IMG/VR virus record: IMGVR_UViG_3300044612_002689
Length of the DNA: 64,000 nt
Reading direction: 5' to 3' (one strand)
Source: an uncultured virus (IMG/VR IMGVR_UViG_3300044612_002689)
Lineage: Duplodnaviria > Heunggongvirae > Uroviricota > Caudoviricetes
The translations under genes were made by a program, and so were the position numbers. The stretch's first letter is position 1, and every line of letters starts with the position of its first letter. Positions 20,033-31,114 of the stretch are shown one piece after another. The notes under the pieces were generated by a model. It worked only from the letters and a program-made list of their open reading frames with translations. It was not told where the DNA came from and searched no databases.

Positions 20033-20050
20033 CTTTTTTTTTCGTATCAT

Positions 20051-20860
20051 TTGAAGAAAAAAATGTTAAATCTAAAAAAAATTAAACAAGATGAAAACTT
20101 CTGCTTGAATTTTCATCGAATGCTGAAAGATCTTTTTGGTAATTCTAAATATTGGGGATCGATAACAAATAAAGAACTAAATTACACAACAAAAGAAGGT
20201 GTTTTATTATTTCACTCTTTTACTGAATACTCCAATAAATATAAAATTCCTAAGTCAGACTGGTCCGTTTTGAATTTTTTTTCAACCAACAATGCTGTTT
20301 TAGAAAAGTTATTAGAACATTTTAATAAAGATATTAATTTTCCAGTTAAAACGACTCATAATTTTCTGGACTTTATCAGAAAGTTCATCATCGAAAATAA
20401 GAAAGGTGATAAATTAAAAGAACTAGTCAATATTAATTTCTCTATGATTGAATTAGGTACAGAGAAAGAATTTTGTGTTTTTCACGATATAAAAAGTTTT
20501 TTTAAATTAGACACAGAATTCAACTTCTATCCCGGAGGAAAAAAAGATATGTTAGACGGTACTGATTTAATATTCAAAAATCCAAATGGTAAGTTAACTC
20601 TTCAGGTTAAAAAAATATTCGGTCACAAAACTCAAAACGATTCCTATAAAATATCCTTGAAGTCATTTCCAGAAAATGGGTATTCAACATCTTTAGTAAA
20701 TTACCTAGCATTTGTAAATAATCAAAATCAAATACTTTATTTTCCAAATGACGGAGAAATTACTGTGGAAAGTAATTTAATTTCTCAAAAAGGAAATAAT
20801 TATTGTACAGTAGAACTATTTTCTAGTCCTCTTAAAGTATCTGAACTTGAATTTAAATGA
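20051..20860 (+). CDS. Putative PD-(D/E)xK-like nuclease
   Basis: DMLDGTDLIF...TLQVK arrangement. Confidence 0.4.
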   Translation: MKKKMLNLKKIKQDENFCLNFHRMLKDLFGNSKYWGSITNKELNYTTKEGVLLFHSFTEYSNKYKIPKSDWSVLNFFSTNNAVLEKLLEHFNKDINFPVKTTHNFLDFIRKFIIENKKGDKLKELVNINFSMIELGTEKEFCVFHDIKSFFKLDTEFNFYPGGKKDMLDGTDLIFKNPNGKLTLQVKKIFGHKTQNDSYKISLKSFPENGYSTSLVNYLAFVNNQNQILYFPNDGEITVESNLISQKGNNYCTVELFSSPLKVSELEFK

Positions 20861-21084
20861 AAGTGATTATTAGTGAATTACAAAAACACAAACTTTTAGA
20901 ATTAGACATACATATCTTCGATGATCTATTATTTGAAAATGATATTGAAGAAACCTGGTCAAAAAAATACAAAAAGTCAATAAATTGTAATAACCCTAAA
21001 GGATTCTCTCAAAAAGCACATTGCCAGGCACGAAAAAAAAGACAAAGAGGTCAACTTACTAAATCAAAATCTCCATTTAAGTGA
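20857..21084 (+). CDS. Small protein with WSKKYKKSINCNNPKGFSQKAHC motif
   Basis: MKVIISE leader plus a Cys/His motif recalled from large phages. Confidence 0.65.
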   Translation: MKVIISELQKHKLLELDIHIFDDLLFENDIEETWSKKYKKSINCNNPKGFSQKAHCQARKKRQRGQLTKSKSPFK

Positions 21085-21097
21085 TATTTATATTTGA

Positions 21098-21901
21098 ATG
21101 AAACTCAAATTAACTAAAAATCAATTTAAGATTATTGTTGAATCCATTAAAAAAGATCAACTTAAAGAATTTAATCTGGGTGGATTTTCTATATTTTCTT
21201 TATCCCCACAACTAGGAATGGTCAAATCTCTGATTGATTTATTTAATGGTGGATCGTTGACATCTGATGAACTCAAATCTGAACTAAAAAAGGTAAAAGA
21301 AAAAAAAGATGAACCAGAAAAAAAACCAAAGATTGATCAAATTGTACCAAGACCAGTCAAAGTTAAACAAAAACCAATACAAGAGCCGAAGGTAATAAAA
21401 AAACCGACTCAGGATGTCAAACCCCCGGACAATATTTTAATTGGTGATTTTCATGTTTATTATATATCGATTGAGTCAGATTTTTTCAGATTGATTGGTT
21501 CTGATCCTTCAGAAAAGAATCTCTGGAAGTCAGATGCCGATGTTAGATGGTTGATGAAGTCATTAAAAAAAATAGATGGATCTTATGAAAATGTCAAAAA
21601 AGTTGCTATTTCTGTTGGATCTTATTTTGAGTTTAATTTAAACGACCCAATTTATCTTTTAGTTGAAGAACTTGAAAGAGTCTTCCCTAACGCCAGACTA
21701 TATGTGATTCAAGGATCTTATGGTTGGGGATTTTTACAAGGCATTACCGATTATAAAAACCAAGTTTCGGATTATTACCAAGAATTTACTGATTACGAAG
21801 TTTCATTAGTTGAACCCCCAGTTGGTTTTACTCAAGATCCCAAAGATTATTTACCTATTTACCAAAAAATAGCAAATTCACTTGATGATATTTCTATTTG
21901 A
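21098..21901 (+). CDS. SGNH-like domain protein, probably inactive paralog of 47907..48794
   Basis: IGDFHV (vs IGDSQT), IQGSYGWG, PPVG. Confidence 0.55.
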   Translation: MKLKLTKNQFKIIVESIKKDQLKEFNLGGFSIFSLSPQLGMVKSLIDLFNGGSLTSDELKSELKKVKEKKDEPEKKPKIDQIVPRPVKVKQKPIQEPKVIKKPTQDVKPPDNILIGDFHVYYISIESDFFRLIGSDPSEKNLWKSDADVRWLMKSLKKIDGSYENVKKVAISVGSYFEFNLNDPIYLLVEELERVFPNARLYVIQGSYGWGFLQGITDYKNQVSDYYQEFTDYEVSLVEPPVGFTQDPKDYLPIYQKIANSLDDISI

Positions 21902-23808
21902 TTTTTAATATTTTTTTTACTATAATTAAATAAAAAAATGTTGAAAGGTTATCTAAAAAAAACTAATGACAATAAATTTGTTGTTAGACACATATCTACA
22001 CACCAAGAACCCTGGAAGATCATAGATTTTGACCTTAATCCAAATTCTCCGGACGACCAAGGTTTGTCGGATGGTTCGGAAGTGTATTTTATGGTTCAAA
22101 CTATTGCTTTTGGTGAAAATGAATTTGATATTACTGAAAAAGATGTTGCTTCTATTATAGAATTCAATCAAGAAAAACTAATTGATTCAATTATTGAAAG
22201 ATTCCCTGACGACACTTTTCTCAAGGCAGATGGGTTTGATGAAGCAATAATTGGAGTTGAGGAAAACACAGGGAAACTGATTTATTCAATGTCAAAGTGT
22301 TTGGATATTCTCAGACAAGATATGACTGAAGAAGATGCTTTGGAACATTTTTATTATAATGTTCATGGATCGTATGTGGGTGATCAGACACCGATTTGGT
22401 GTTTTGATTATTTTGAATAAACTTTATATTTATTTTATTATGGATAAAACCCCTTTTCAAAAGTTTATAGATCACTTACAAAAAGATGAATCAACAGATC
22501 AGAATGTGTTAGAATTAGCACAAAAATTTCAAAATGATGAAAAAAATCATATAAATAGAATTTATGAAACGGGAGTTTTTCACGGAGAAACAAAGAAACC
22601 AAAAAAGTTTGATTTTTACTCCCGCAATTTTGATAATAATTTAGGACGATTTATTTCAAATTTTTAAGAATCATCTCTAAACTGTAAATTGATTCTTTGT
22701 CCTGTTTAGTTTTATTGGGTTTACTTTTAAGATAATTTAAGGAATCAATTATACTTTGTTTTTTAGGATCACAATCCTCCTCCGTATTTGTATTGTCAAA
22801 TTTTGCGACTTTTTTGATCACTGGTTTTTTGGAACTCTTTGAATTGTTATCATAAATTAGAGAATAAATCTTTTTAGTTTTTTCCGGAGACTTGGTTTCG
22901 AGTCTTATAACAATATAAACTATGATGGAAAACAAATTTGAAATCACTGTCACAAAAAATTCAAACAACCTGAACACTAAAACTTGAAAATTATCCATAA
23001 CTTTAATTTAAAAATTTATATTTATTATAAGATTAGAGTACAAAAATATAAAAAATAACTAACTTTGAGTCAAAAATGAAAAAATTTATTCAGAAACTTT
23101 TAATTTTTTTATCTTTTAAAAAAAAAGTTAGTTATTCTACTAAAAAAAGTTTTCTTGAAATTTGTTCGATCGATGACCTGAACCGAATTTATTATGAAGG
23201 TGTTAATAAATTGAATAAAATTCAGTTAGAGAATCCCGAGTTAATCAAGTTTAATAGTTATAAAAAATTAATAATCAAATTTTTCATAAGGGAACTTTAT
23301 TCCATTAAATTTAAGAATGATATTGATTTAGAAAAAGAAAATCTAAGATTGATTCTTATTGATCATTATTATGAGAAAATTCAAAAAGATTACTTTGAGT
23401 TTAAAACAAAACATAATAGATTATATAATTATTGAAATGGACTTAAAAAGATTTGATGAAATATCTAAAATAATTGAAAAATTCTGTGAATTAATAATAA
23501 CTGGTTACCCTAAAACACAAGTAACGCCAGTTTATTATAAGGGTAAAAGACATTACAAAGTAGATTTACAAGTAAAATTGAAAGGGAATGTTGACCAAGG
23601 ATTTATGAACCACACAATGTTTTACAGCACTTGGTTTTGTGATAATTCCAAAATAAAACTTTTTGATTTAGTTCCATTTCATAGTAATTTTTCGTTAAAT
23701 TATTATTTTGGATTTGAAAGTGAGGAATTGCAAGACTGGGCAAAGATAATATTGAAAAATTACGTGTCCAATCAAATAAACTGTGAGGATGAATATTCTA
23801 ACTAAATT

Positions 23809-25233
23809 ATGGAAAATATTAAATTAACACCAGAAGAATTTTTGTTGTACTTACAATCAACAAACTATAATTACGAAGGACTCAGAAATATAAAAATGTT
23901 TAAAGGTAAGCATTTAATTATAACCGGGGGGTTAGATTTAAGAGGTTTACCTATTAAAGGAAAATTATATGACATTACTGTTGAAGGACCTTTGAATTTT
24001 TCAAATACTGAAATAACATGGATTGAAGATGTCACAAGTACTAGATTAGTATATTACGATACACCCTATGATAGACATTTAAAAAAATTAAAAAAACTTA
24101 GAGAATTAGAACTTGCTAATGAAAGAAGACAAGAAAATGTTTGGGATATCAACGATACGGATAAAGAAGGTGAAATGGCAAATGCTTGTTTTGAGTATGC
24201 ATACATACAAGGGGATATTGGTAAATTTGACCAAGAGGATTTAGAAAGATTGGCCGAACTTCAATCTAGAATAGAAGCGTTAGAAAATGAAAGAGAAAAT
24301 TTAGATTTAAATAACGAATTTGAAAATGAAAAAGATACTGAATTATTTGATTTGATTACTGAACTAGATGATGAAATCACTGAAATAGAAGAAGGTAAAA
24401 CAGATGTATATGATTTTGTAAAAGAAGGAACACATTGGAGTCTTGAAACTTTTCGATCATTGAGTACCGAAAAGTTATATGCAGTTGGAGATGAAGATAT
24501 GGTCCAAAGATCATTAGAAGATTATATTGATTCTATACTCGATGATGTTAAAAACTACTTTGATAATTCTTATCTTGAACAATATGTTGATGGTGATGAG
24601 GTTGCAAATTATTTTGAAGAAAGTGAGAGAGAAAATATTTGGGAAAATCCGGAAAATTACAACATAGAAAGGTCTTTAAGTTCAGATCAAGAGGAAGAAA
24701 TTTGGTTATTAGAAATGGAAAAAGATTTTTATGAAAGATTCGGTGGGCGACCCCCGATTTACGAACCAACACAAGAAAATAGTTTCAATGTCTTTGATTT
24801 TACTGATATTGATGACAATAGGTTTGAATACAAATATGACGGAAATAATTGGATCTTATACAAGAATAAAAAATTAGTCCAACCATTTCAATTATATGAT
24901 GACCAAGATACGGAAGAAATTGAATCGGAGAGAGAAAGTAGAATTTCAGACATAGAATATGAAATTGATGATATTAAAGAAAATCCCGACGGTGAACTTG
25001 ATGAGGATTCGGTGGAAGAAGTTCTAGAAGATTTGCTTTATGAAATAACAAACTACCCAGTTGATAAATTAAGAGACTATGGTTACGAAGATTTTTCAGA
25101 TTTTATTAATTTTGAGGCATTAAAAGATGATTTAAGAGACGAATATGATGCTAGTGAATTAAATTATCACAGTTCAGATTACGAAGAAATCACTATAAAT
25201 GATACCGTATACACTGTTTTTGAAATTGATTAA
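23809..25233 (+). CDS. Large acidic hypothetical protein
   Basis: 474-aa D/E-rich ORF with coiled-coil segments. Confidence 0.7.
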   Translation: MENIKLTPEEFLLYLQSTNYNYEGLRNIKMFKGKHLIITGGLDLRGLPIKGKLYDITVEGPLNFSNTEITWIEDVTSTRLVYYDTPYDRHLKKLKKLRELELANERRQENVWDINDTDKEGEMANACFEYAYIQGDIGKFDQEDLERLAELQSRIEALENERENLDLNNEFENEKDTELFDLITELDDEITEIEEGKTDVYDFVKEGTHWSLETFRSLSTEKLYAVGDEDMVQRSLEDYIDSILDDVKNYFDNSYLEQYVDGDEVANYFEESERENIWENPENYNIERSLSSDQEEEIWLLEMEKDFYERFGGRPPIYEPTQENSFNVFDFTDIDDNRFEYKYDGNNWILYKNKKLVQPFQLYDDQDTEEIESERESRISDIEYEIDDIKENPDGELDEDSVEEVLEDLLYEITNYPVDKLRDYGYEDFSDFINFEALKDDLRDEYDASELNYHSSDYEEITINDTVYTVFEID

Positions 25234-26658
25234 AATATGAGTTTAAAAAGTAAAATATTAAAAATCATAAAAGAAGAAACTTCTTTTCAAAATAAAATTG
25301 AAAATTTACTTGATACTCAAGGAGTGTATAAAACTTCGAATGTATTAGGTGGACTGGATCAATTGGTTTCGGTTTTAGATTTGGATTTGAATGATGAAAG
25401 TACCAGGGATATGCTTGTAATTAATTTTATTGAACACATTGAGGGTTTAAATGTTATTTCTGTAAATCTAGATATTAATCACCTTGGACGAAAAATTTTG
25501 ACTGTTGAAATAGGAGATCCACATTCTCGGTATTTTGGTCCCTACGCTGGGGGAATCTCGCAACTCATAAATGAATTTTTTCCATTCAAAACACAACCTA
25601 TAGGACACCCTGTTTTCAGAAGAAATGATTATTATATAAAAGTTATTAGTTAGAAGAAATATGAATTTATCCCATAAAATAAAAAAATTAATTCAAAGGG
25701 GTGGAATGGCTAAGACTTTAGAATTATTTGGTGGATTAGAACATCTAAAAAACTTTTCATTAAATGATCCGGAATTAAGTGACATACTCAATAATTTGAA
25801 TGGAAAAGTATATTATTCATTTTTGGGAAATAATTATGAGTTTGATTTCGAGATAATTGGTTACAAATTAAATAGATGGGAAACTCAAGGAACCGCATTG
25901 ATAAATGTAATTTATGACCACAAAAAATTAAGTCCAATCCAAAATGAAAAGTTAAAAACGTTCATTGTAATACAAAATGATGAAGTTGAATTTTCTTTCA
26001 AATTAAATACGGAAATTTCTTCTTTTTTTCCTAGAACTCCATTAGTTGATGTTATAAAAATAAATGGTGAAAATTTTGATAATCAGGAAATTATAATTCG
26101 TGGATACAAATTCTATGAATCAGAACTACAAGGAATTTTACATAAGATTCATCCAAAAAACAATAAAGATGTAGTAAATGAAAATAATAAATCTAGGTTA
26201 AAAACTTATTTATTAAACATAATAGAAACCCAGGGATTGATTGCGGCAAGTAAATATGTTGATGGCATTGAAAATCTTTCGAATATTTTTAATATCATAT
26301 CCACAGAGATGATTACGGAATATTTCCAAGAAAGAAAGTTGGATATTCGTGATTTTAATATTAATACTGGAGGATATGAATTTATTTTTAAACTTTTATA
26401 CGTTCAAAATAACGACAATTATCTTTTATTTTTCTATGAGATAGTAGAAGGAACAGTAACCCTCATGATGACAGACGAAACTTTAGATCTTAAATCAAAA
26501 AAATTAAAGGACTTTGAGTTTGCTTGGGAAATACACCAAGAAATTAATGATCTACTTAACGAATTTACTTATAATCTTATGAGAAATCTCAAATTAACTG
26601 GTTTTGACGACGTGTTGATTGATTATACAATTTAACAAAATTACTATTTATTACTAGA

Positions 26659-27573
26659 ATGAATCTACAAAGTTTTATAAAAAAAATATTAAAAGAAGAA
26701 ACTGAATCTGACCTCAATATAGATGGGGGTAAGTTAGAAATGTGTTCCAGGGACCCAATGACAGGTTTTTATAGAGATGGATATTGTAGAACCGGAGACG
26801 ACGATACAGGAAGTCACACGGTGTGTGCAAGAGTTACAAAAAAGTTTTTAGAGTTCACCAATTCAATGGGGAACAATCTTGATATATTGGAACCTGGTGT
26901 TAAGTGGTGTTTATGTGCAAAAAGGTGGGAAGAAGCAAAAAAAGCAGGAGTTGCTCCCAAAATGATAAAAAGTTCAACAAACATTAAAACATTAGACATA
27001 ATAAATGGTGTTGAACAAGAACTTGATGAGTATGCAAGAACATTAAAAAATGCAAGAAGACAAGGTTCCGGACTGAGGTTTCCAAAGTCGGTAGTCAAAT
27101 CAAACCCATCCAGATTCAGAAAATATAGTAGAGAGTACATTAATGAAATCGAGTTTGACGATCGTACAAAAAAGGATTACAAAGTTAAAACAAATTTTAT
27201 TAAAATATTCATTGAAAAAAATTTTGGTGATTTAATTTGCGGGTTTCATTGGGACCCAATTAATTATGTTGTTAACTCCAAAGTTTATTGGCCCGATAAA
27301 AACTTAGGTGCCGCTAGAATTGTCTTACATATACCTAATGATAAGTTTGAAGAACTTGAGACTAATGATTTTTTGAAAAAACAAGACCTCAAAGATCAAA
27401 TACTCCAATTTCCGATGTTCAACCAAGTCTTTGTTACATTTGATTCTACTAAATGTGATGAGGAAATGAATGAGTCAGAACTTACAGAAAAATGTTGGAA
27501 AGGATATACACAAAAAGGTATGAAAACCATGTTTGGGAAAAGATATCCGAATTGTGTAAAGAAAAAAAAATAG
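26659..27573 (+). CDS. DUF2237-domain mosaic protein with MNLQ leader
   Basis: CSRDPMTGFYRDGYC..HTVCA..FLEF..GNNL..WCLCA; C-terminal CWKGY..PNCVK motif. Confidence 0.8.
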   Translation: MNLQSFIKKILKEETESDLNIDGGKLEMCSRDPMTGFYRDGYCRTGDDDTGSHTVCARVTKKFLEFTNSMGNNLDILEPGVKWCLCAKRWEEAKKAGVAPKMIKSSTNIKTLDIINGVEQELDEYARTLKNARRQGSGLRFPKSVVKSNPSRFRKYSREYINEIEFDDRTKKDYKVKTNFIKIFIEKNFGDLICGFHWDPINYVVNSKVYWPDKNLGAARIVLHIPNDKFEELETNDFLKKQDLKDQILQFPMFNQVFVTFDSTKCDEEMNESELTEKCWKGYTQKGMKTMFGKRYPNCVKKKK

Positions 27574-27580
27574 GTTGACT

Positions 27581-27612
27581 TTTGGCAATTTAAAAAACTT
27601 TGCTTACCTTTG
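27581..27612 (+). promoter_or_regulatory. Bacteroidota-type promoter
   Basis: TTTG-N20-TACCTTTG. Confidence 0.7.
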
Positions 27613-27632
27613 TTTAAATTAATTTATTACCT

Positions 27633-28097
27633 ATGGAATTAGAAAGAGCACACTTTTTGGCAAATCAACTTATGAACCAACATGGAATTTCACAAAAAGG
27701 ATGGAAATTTTCATTCGACAATGCGAGAAGGAGATTTGGTTGTTGTTCATATAGAAAAAAACAAATTTCTTTATCCAGACCCTTGACGTTACTGAATTCA
27801 GAGAGTGAGGTTAGGAATACTATTCTACATGAAATTGCACATGCTTTAACTAAAGGACATCATCATGATCGTGTTTGGAAAGCAAAGGCAAAAGAAATTG
27901 GATGCACTGGTGATAGGTGTTATAATTCTAAACTAGTAAAAACTCCTGAACCAAAATATATTGCATCTTGTAAAACTTGTGGCACAATTCACAAAAGAAA
28001 TAGATTAACATCTGGAACATTTTCATGTGGTGTTTGTTCAAGATCAGTTTTTAATCCGGAGTTTATAATTAATTTTGAGTTGAATCCAAAGTATTAA
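27633..28097 (+). CDS. SprT-like zinc metalloprotease
   Basis: RRFGCC, TILHEIAHAL..HH..W, C-terminal CxxC..CxxC. Confidence 0.85.
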   Translation: MELERAHFLANQLMNQHGISQKGWKFSFDNARRRFGCCSYRKKQISLSRPLTLLNSESEVRNTILHEIAHALTKGHHHDRVWKAKAKEIGCTGDRCYNSKLVKTPEPKYIASCKTCGTIHKRNRLTSGTFSCGVCSRSVFNPEFIINFELNPKY

Positions 28098-28117
28098 TTT
28101 TTCAAAATGATTTTGTC

Positions 28118-28151
28118 AAAGGGTAGTTCGTTACTGAGTTACCCTTTTTTT
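28118..28151 (+). terminator. Intrinsic terminator
   Basis: AAAGGGTA..TACCCTTT plus T-run. Confidence 0.7.
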
Positions 28152-28174
28152 ATTTTATTGATATTTATGGTAAT

Positions 28175-29272
28175 ATGAAATCGAACACAACCGAAGATGA
28201 GGGTTACAAACTAGAAGAATTTGAATCACATTTGAATTCTGTTTTGTCTCGGAGTTACGATTGGTTCCATGATATTTCAATTAATAAACTTGAGTATAAC
28301 TCATATTCTAATTTACGTATAGAGGGGGACATTCTAGTAGATGGAAACTGGTTTTACAATCAGTATAAAGAATATCATTACTTCTCAAATGTCCCAGATC
28401 CAAATTTAGAAAAAGTTTTTATTGGTGATATTATAGGAAAACTCCTTGCAGATGAAATACGAAATAAAATTAGATTAGTTTATGGAGGAGTCACTCAAAG
28501 AGTTGCAAACATAATCAGTTTCAACACATTATATGTTTCAGTTTTTGAAGAAGATGATCAATCAAATGAAGACACCCTTAAAGAATCAATTAAAAAAATA
28601 TTAAGAGAGGAAATAACTAAAAAATTCCCAAAACCAAATGAAAGTTTTAACAATTCCGTTTATTCATGGTTGAATTATTATTTCCAAGGTTCACAAATTT
28701 ACAAAGAAGAATATTGGAAATATCACGGGTTCTCCTTCAAATTTTGTAAAAATGGTAGAGAAATTGCAGACCTACGGGTTGAACTTGATGACAAAAGTCC
28801 TGATTGGGGGCCAAGTGATAAAAGACCAACAAGTGAAAGAAGTGTTAAAGAAGTAATGTTATACATTTATCCTATTATGGTCGATCTAATGATGAATGTT
28901 TTTCCAATTAGAAAAAACTATTTATTGTATCTTATTGAAGAATGGTTTGAAGATACAAAATTAAATGAAATCCAACAAGAATTCCACAGAAATGACTTGT
29001 CTTTGGATTATGTTTCCGTGTTTGAACATAGAAAAAAAGGTGATATATGTGTTCCACCAATTTCAAAACCTGAAGATATAACAATGGAAGAAATGATGGA
29101 TTACATTAAAAAAAATTCCTTGTTTTCTTATAAAGACATGGAAGAACACGAAGAAGAAGAACCAGGTTGGATTGAAAACATGTATTTATCATACCTTCAC
29201 TCAAAAGAAAAAGAAAGAGTTAATCAAGAGGATAGAGAAAATAATCCCGAACCATTCAATGATGGATATTAA
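28175..29272 (+). CDS. Hypothetical protein with internal LKESIKKILREE module
   Basis: 365-aa ORF; upstream ATATTTAT. Confidence 0.7.
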   Translation: MKSNTTEDEGYKLEEFESHLNSVLSRSYDWFHDISINKLEYNSYSNLRIEGDILVDGNWFYNQYKEYHYFSNVPDPNLEKVFIGDIIGKLLADEIRNKIRLVYGGVTQRVANIISFNTLYVSVFEEDDQSNEDTLKESIKKILREEITKKFPKPNESFNNSVYSWLNYYFQGSQIYKEEYWKYHGFSFKFCKNGREIADLRVELDDKSPDWGPSDKRPTSERSVKEVMLYIYPIMVDLMMNVFPIRKNYLLYLIEEWFEDTKLNEIQQEFHRNDLSLDYVSVFEHRKKGDICVPPISKPEDITMEEMMDYIKKNSLFSYKDMEEHEEEEPGWIENMYLSYLHSKEKERVNQEDRENNPEPFNDGY

Positions 29273-29277
29273 ATAAT

Positions 29278-30108
29278 ATGAACCTACAAGAACACATAAA
29301 GAAAGTATTAAGGGAAGAAGATTTTATTCCGCTGGAAGATTTGAATACCGTTATAAAAGATTATGAGGATGGGTTTGATGTATTCATTATGAATGGTGAT
29401 AAAAAGATTGGGGAAATATCTTTTGTTAAGGAAAGCATACCGAATCTATATACAATTGTGGATGCAACAATTGATAATGAATACAAAGGAAATAGAATAT
29501 ATCCAAAAACGATTATAAACTTATTCAAAGAAAGACCAAACATTATTATTAATTCAGTATTTAGAAGTCCTGAGGCTGAAAAAGCATGGAGATACATATT
29601 AAGTAATTTACCTTCAAATATAGGAAAGTCGGTAAAATACTATAAGGAAGAAGATACCACATTATTCCAACTTAAATTACGTAACCTACAAGAATCAATA
29701 AGAAGAATATTAAGGGAAGAAACTTATTCACCTGCAGGTGATGAGTACACACCTGGTAGATATGTTGCTCATAAATCCCCCCCACAATGGAGAAAGAATA
29801 TTGGACTAACAGGATTACAAGTATCAGTTGGGGAATGTTATGAGAATCACGTAATGGGTTTATATGGTGAATGGTATACGGAATGTCAACCAGCGATTTT
29901 TGCCACAGATTCATTAAATGAGGAAGATATGTTTGACTCAACTTACAATGATGATACATGGTTAATTGATACGGAATGTGCGGGGGTTACTTGGTATATA
30001 GACGCACATTTTGAAAGTGATGATTATAGTCATCATATTGTAACATTTGAAGACATATCACCTGATTGTTTGAAATTAATACATAAAGGAACAGGTAAAA
30101 GTTGGTAA
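29278..30108 (+). CDS. Two-module MNLQE protein; possible GNAT-like plus ART-like domains
   Basis: Two leader copies; second module has AHKS..RKNI..GL..PAIFAT. Confidence 0.5.
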   Translation: MNLQEHIKKVLREEDFIPLEDLNTVIKDYEDGFDVFIMNGDKKIGEISFVKESIPNLYTIVDATIDNEYKGNRIYPKTIINLFKERPNIIINSVFRSPEAEKAWRYILSNLPSNIGKSVKYYKEEDTTLFQLKLRNLQESIRRILREETYSPAGDEYTPGRYVAHKSPPQWRKNIGLTGLQVSVGECYENHVMGLYGEWYTECQPAIFATDSLNEEDMFDSTYNDDTWLIDTECAGVTWYIDAHFESDDYSHHIVTFEDISPDCLKLIHKGTGKSW

Positions 30109-31114
30109 TATGAACCTACAAGAAAACATAAGAAGAGTATTAAAGGAAGAAACTAATTTTATGAGATTGGTATTACGTAGAGTATCACCAGAAAGATTAG
30201 AAAGTGAGTTTAAGGACTCATTAGATTTTATATCAAAAATGTTTTTAAGAAACTATAAAGCAAACTCACGTAAGTTATCGGAATATGAGTTTACAAGAAT
30301 GGTAATAATTGATTTTATGGACGGTATTGAACTCAAACGTTATTTACCTAATGATGTTGAGTGGTATGGTGAGATACTTAATGGTTTAATGGAACAATAT
30401 AAAGATAGGATATCATCAATGTATAATGTATTAAAGAAATAATGAACCTACAAGAAAACATAAAAAAAATATTAAGGGAAGAGTCAAACCCTAAACAAGA
30501 TCTATATTACGAATTTAAGTGTACTGATGCTGATGAAGATGGAATATTTTACGATACTTGTTTTGGTGAGATTGACTCATCAGAGTTTGCACAATTTATT
30601 GATGATATGGAAAATTATGAAATCTCTGAAGAAGAATTCAAAGATAAATTTACTTTAACAAAATCAATAAATAAAATTATAAACAATCCTGAAAGTGAGG
30701 AATGGTTGGAATTCTACGATAAGTCCGAGGAAGATGGTTATGTTGTAATTTTTGATGGGGATATACATTACATTTATTCAGTTTAAAAATAATGAACCTA
30801 CAAGAAAACATAAGAAGAATTCTGATGGAAGAAAACAAAAATAAGAAATTACCTTCCTTTTTCAACAGAAGAATTGATCATTATAAATTTGAAACAATGA
30901 TGATAAAAGGAATTCCATACATTTTTTATGACACGAACACCCTGGAAGAATTCAAATATAAATTAATCGAATTAACTTTACAGAACTATATTTATTATAA
31001 ATATAATATTGAGATAAGTGAAGAACTTCCAAAAGAAGATATTGATTTGTATGTAAAACATATGATATCAGTTTATAATCCCGTTCTTGAAATGTATTAT
31101 AAAAATATGAAAAA

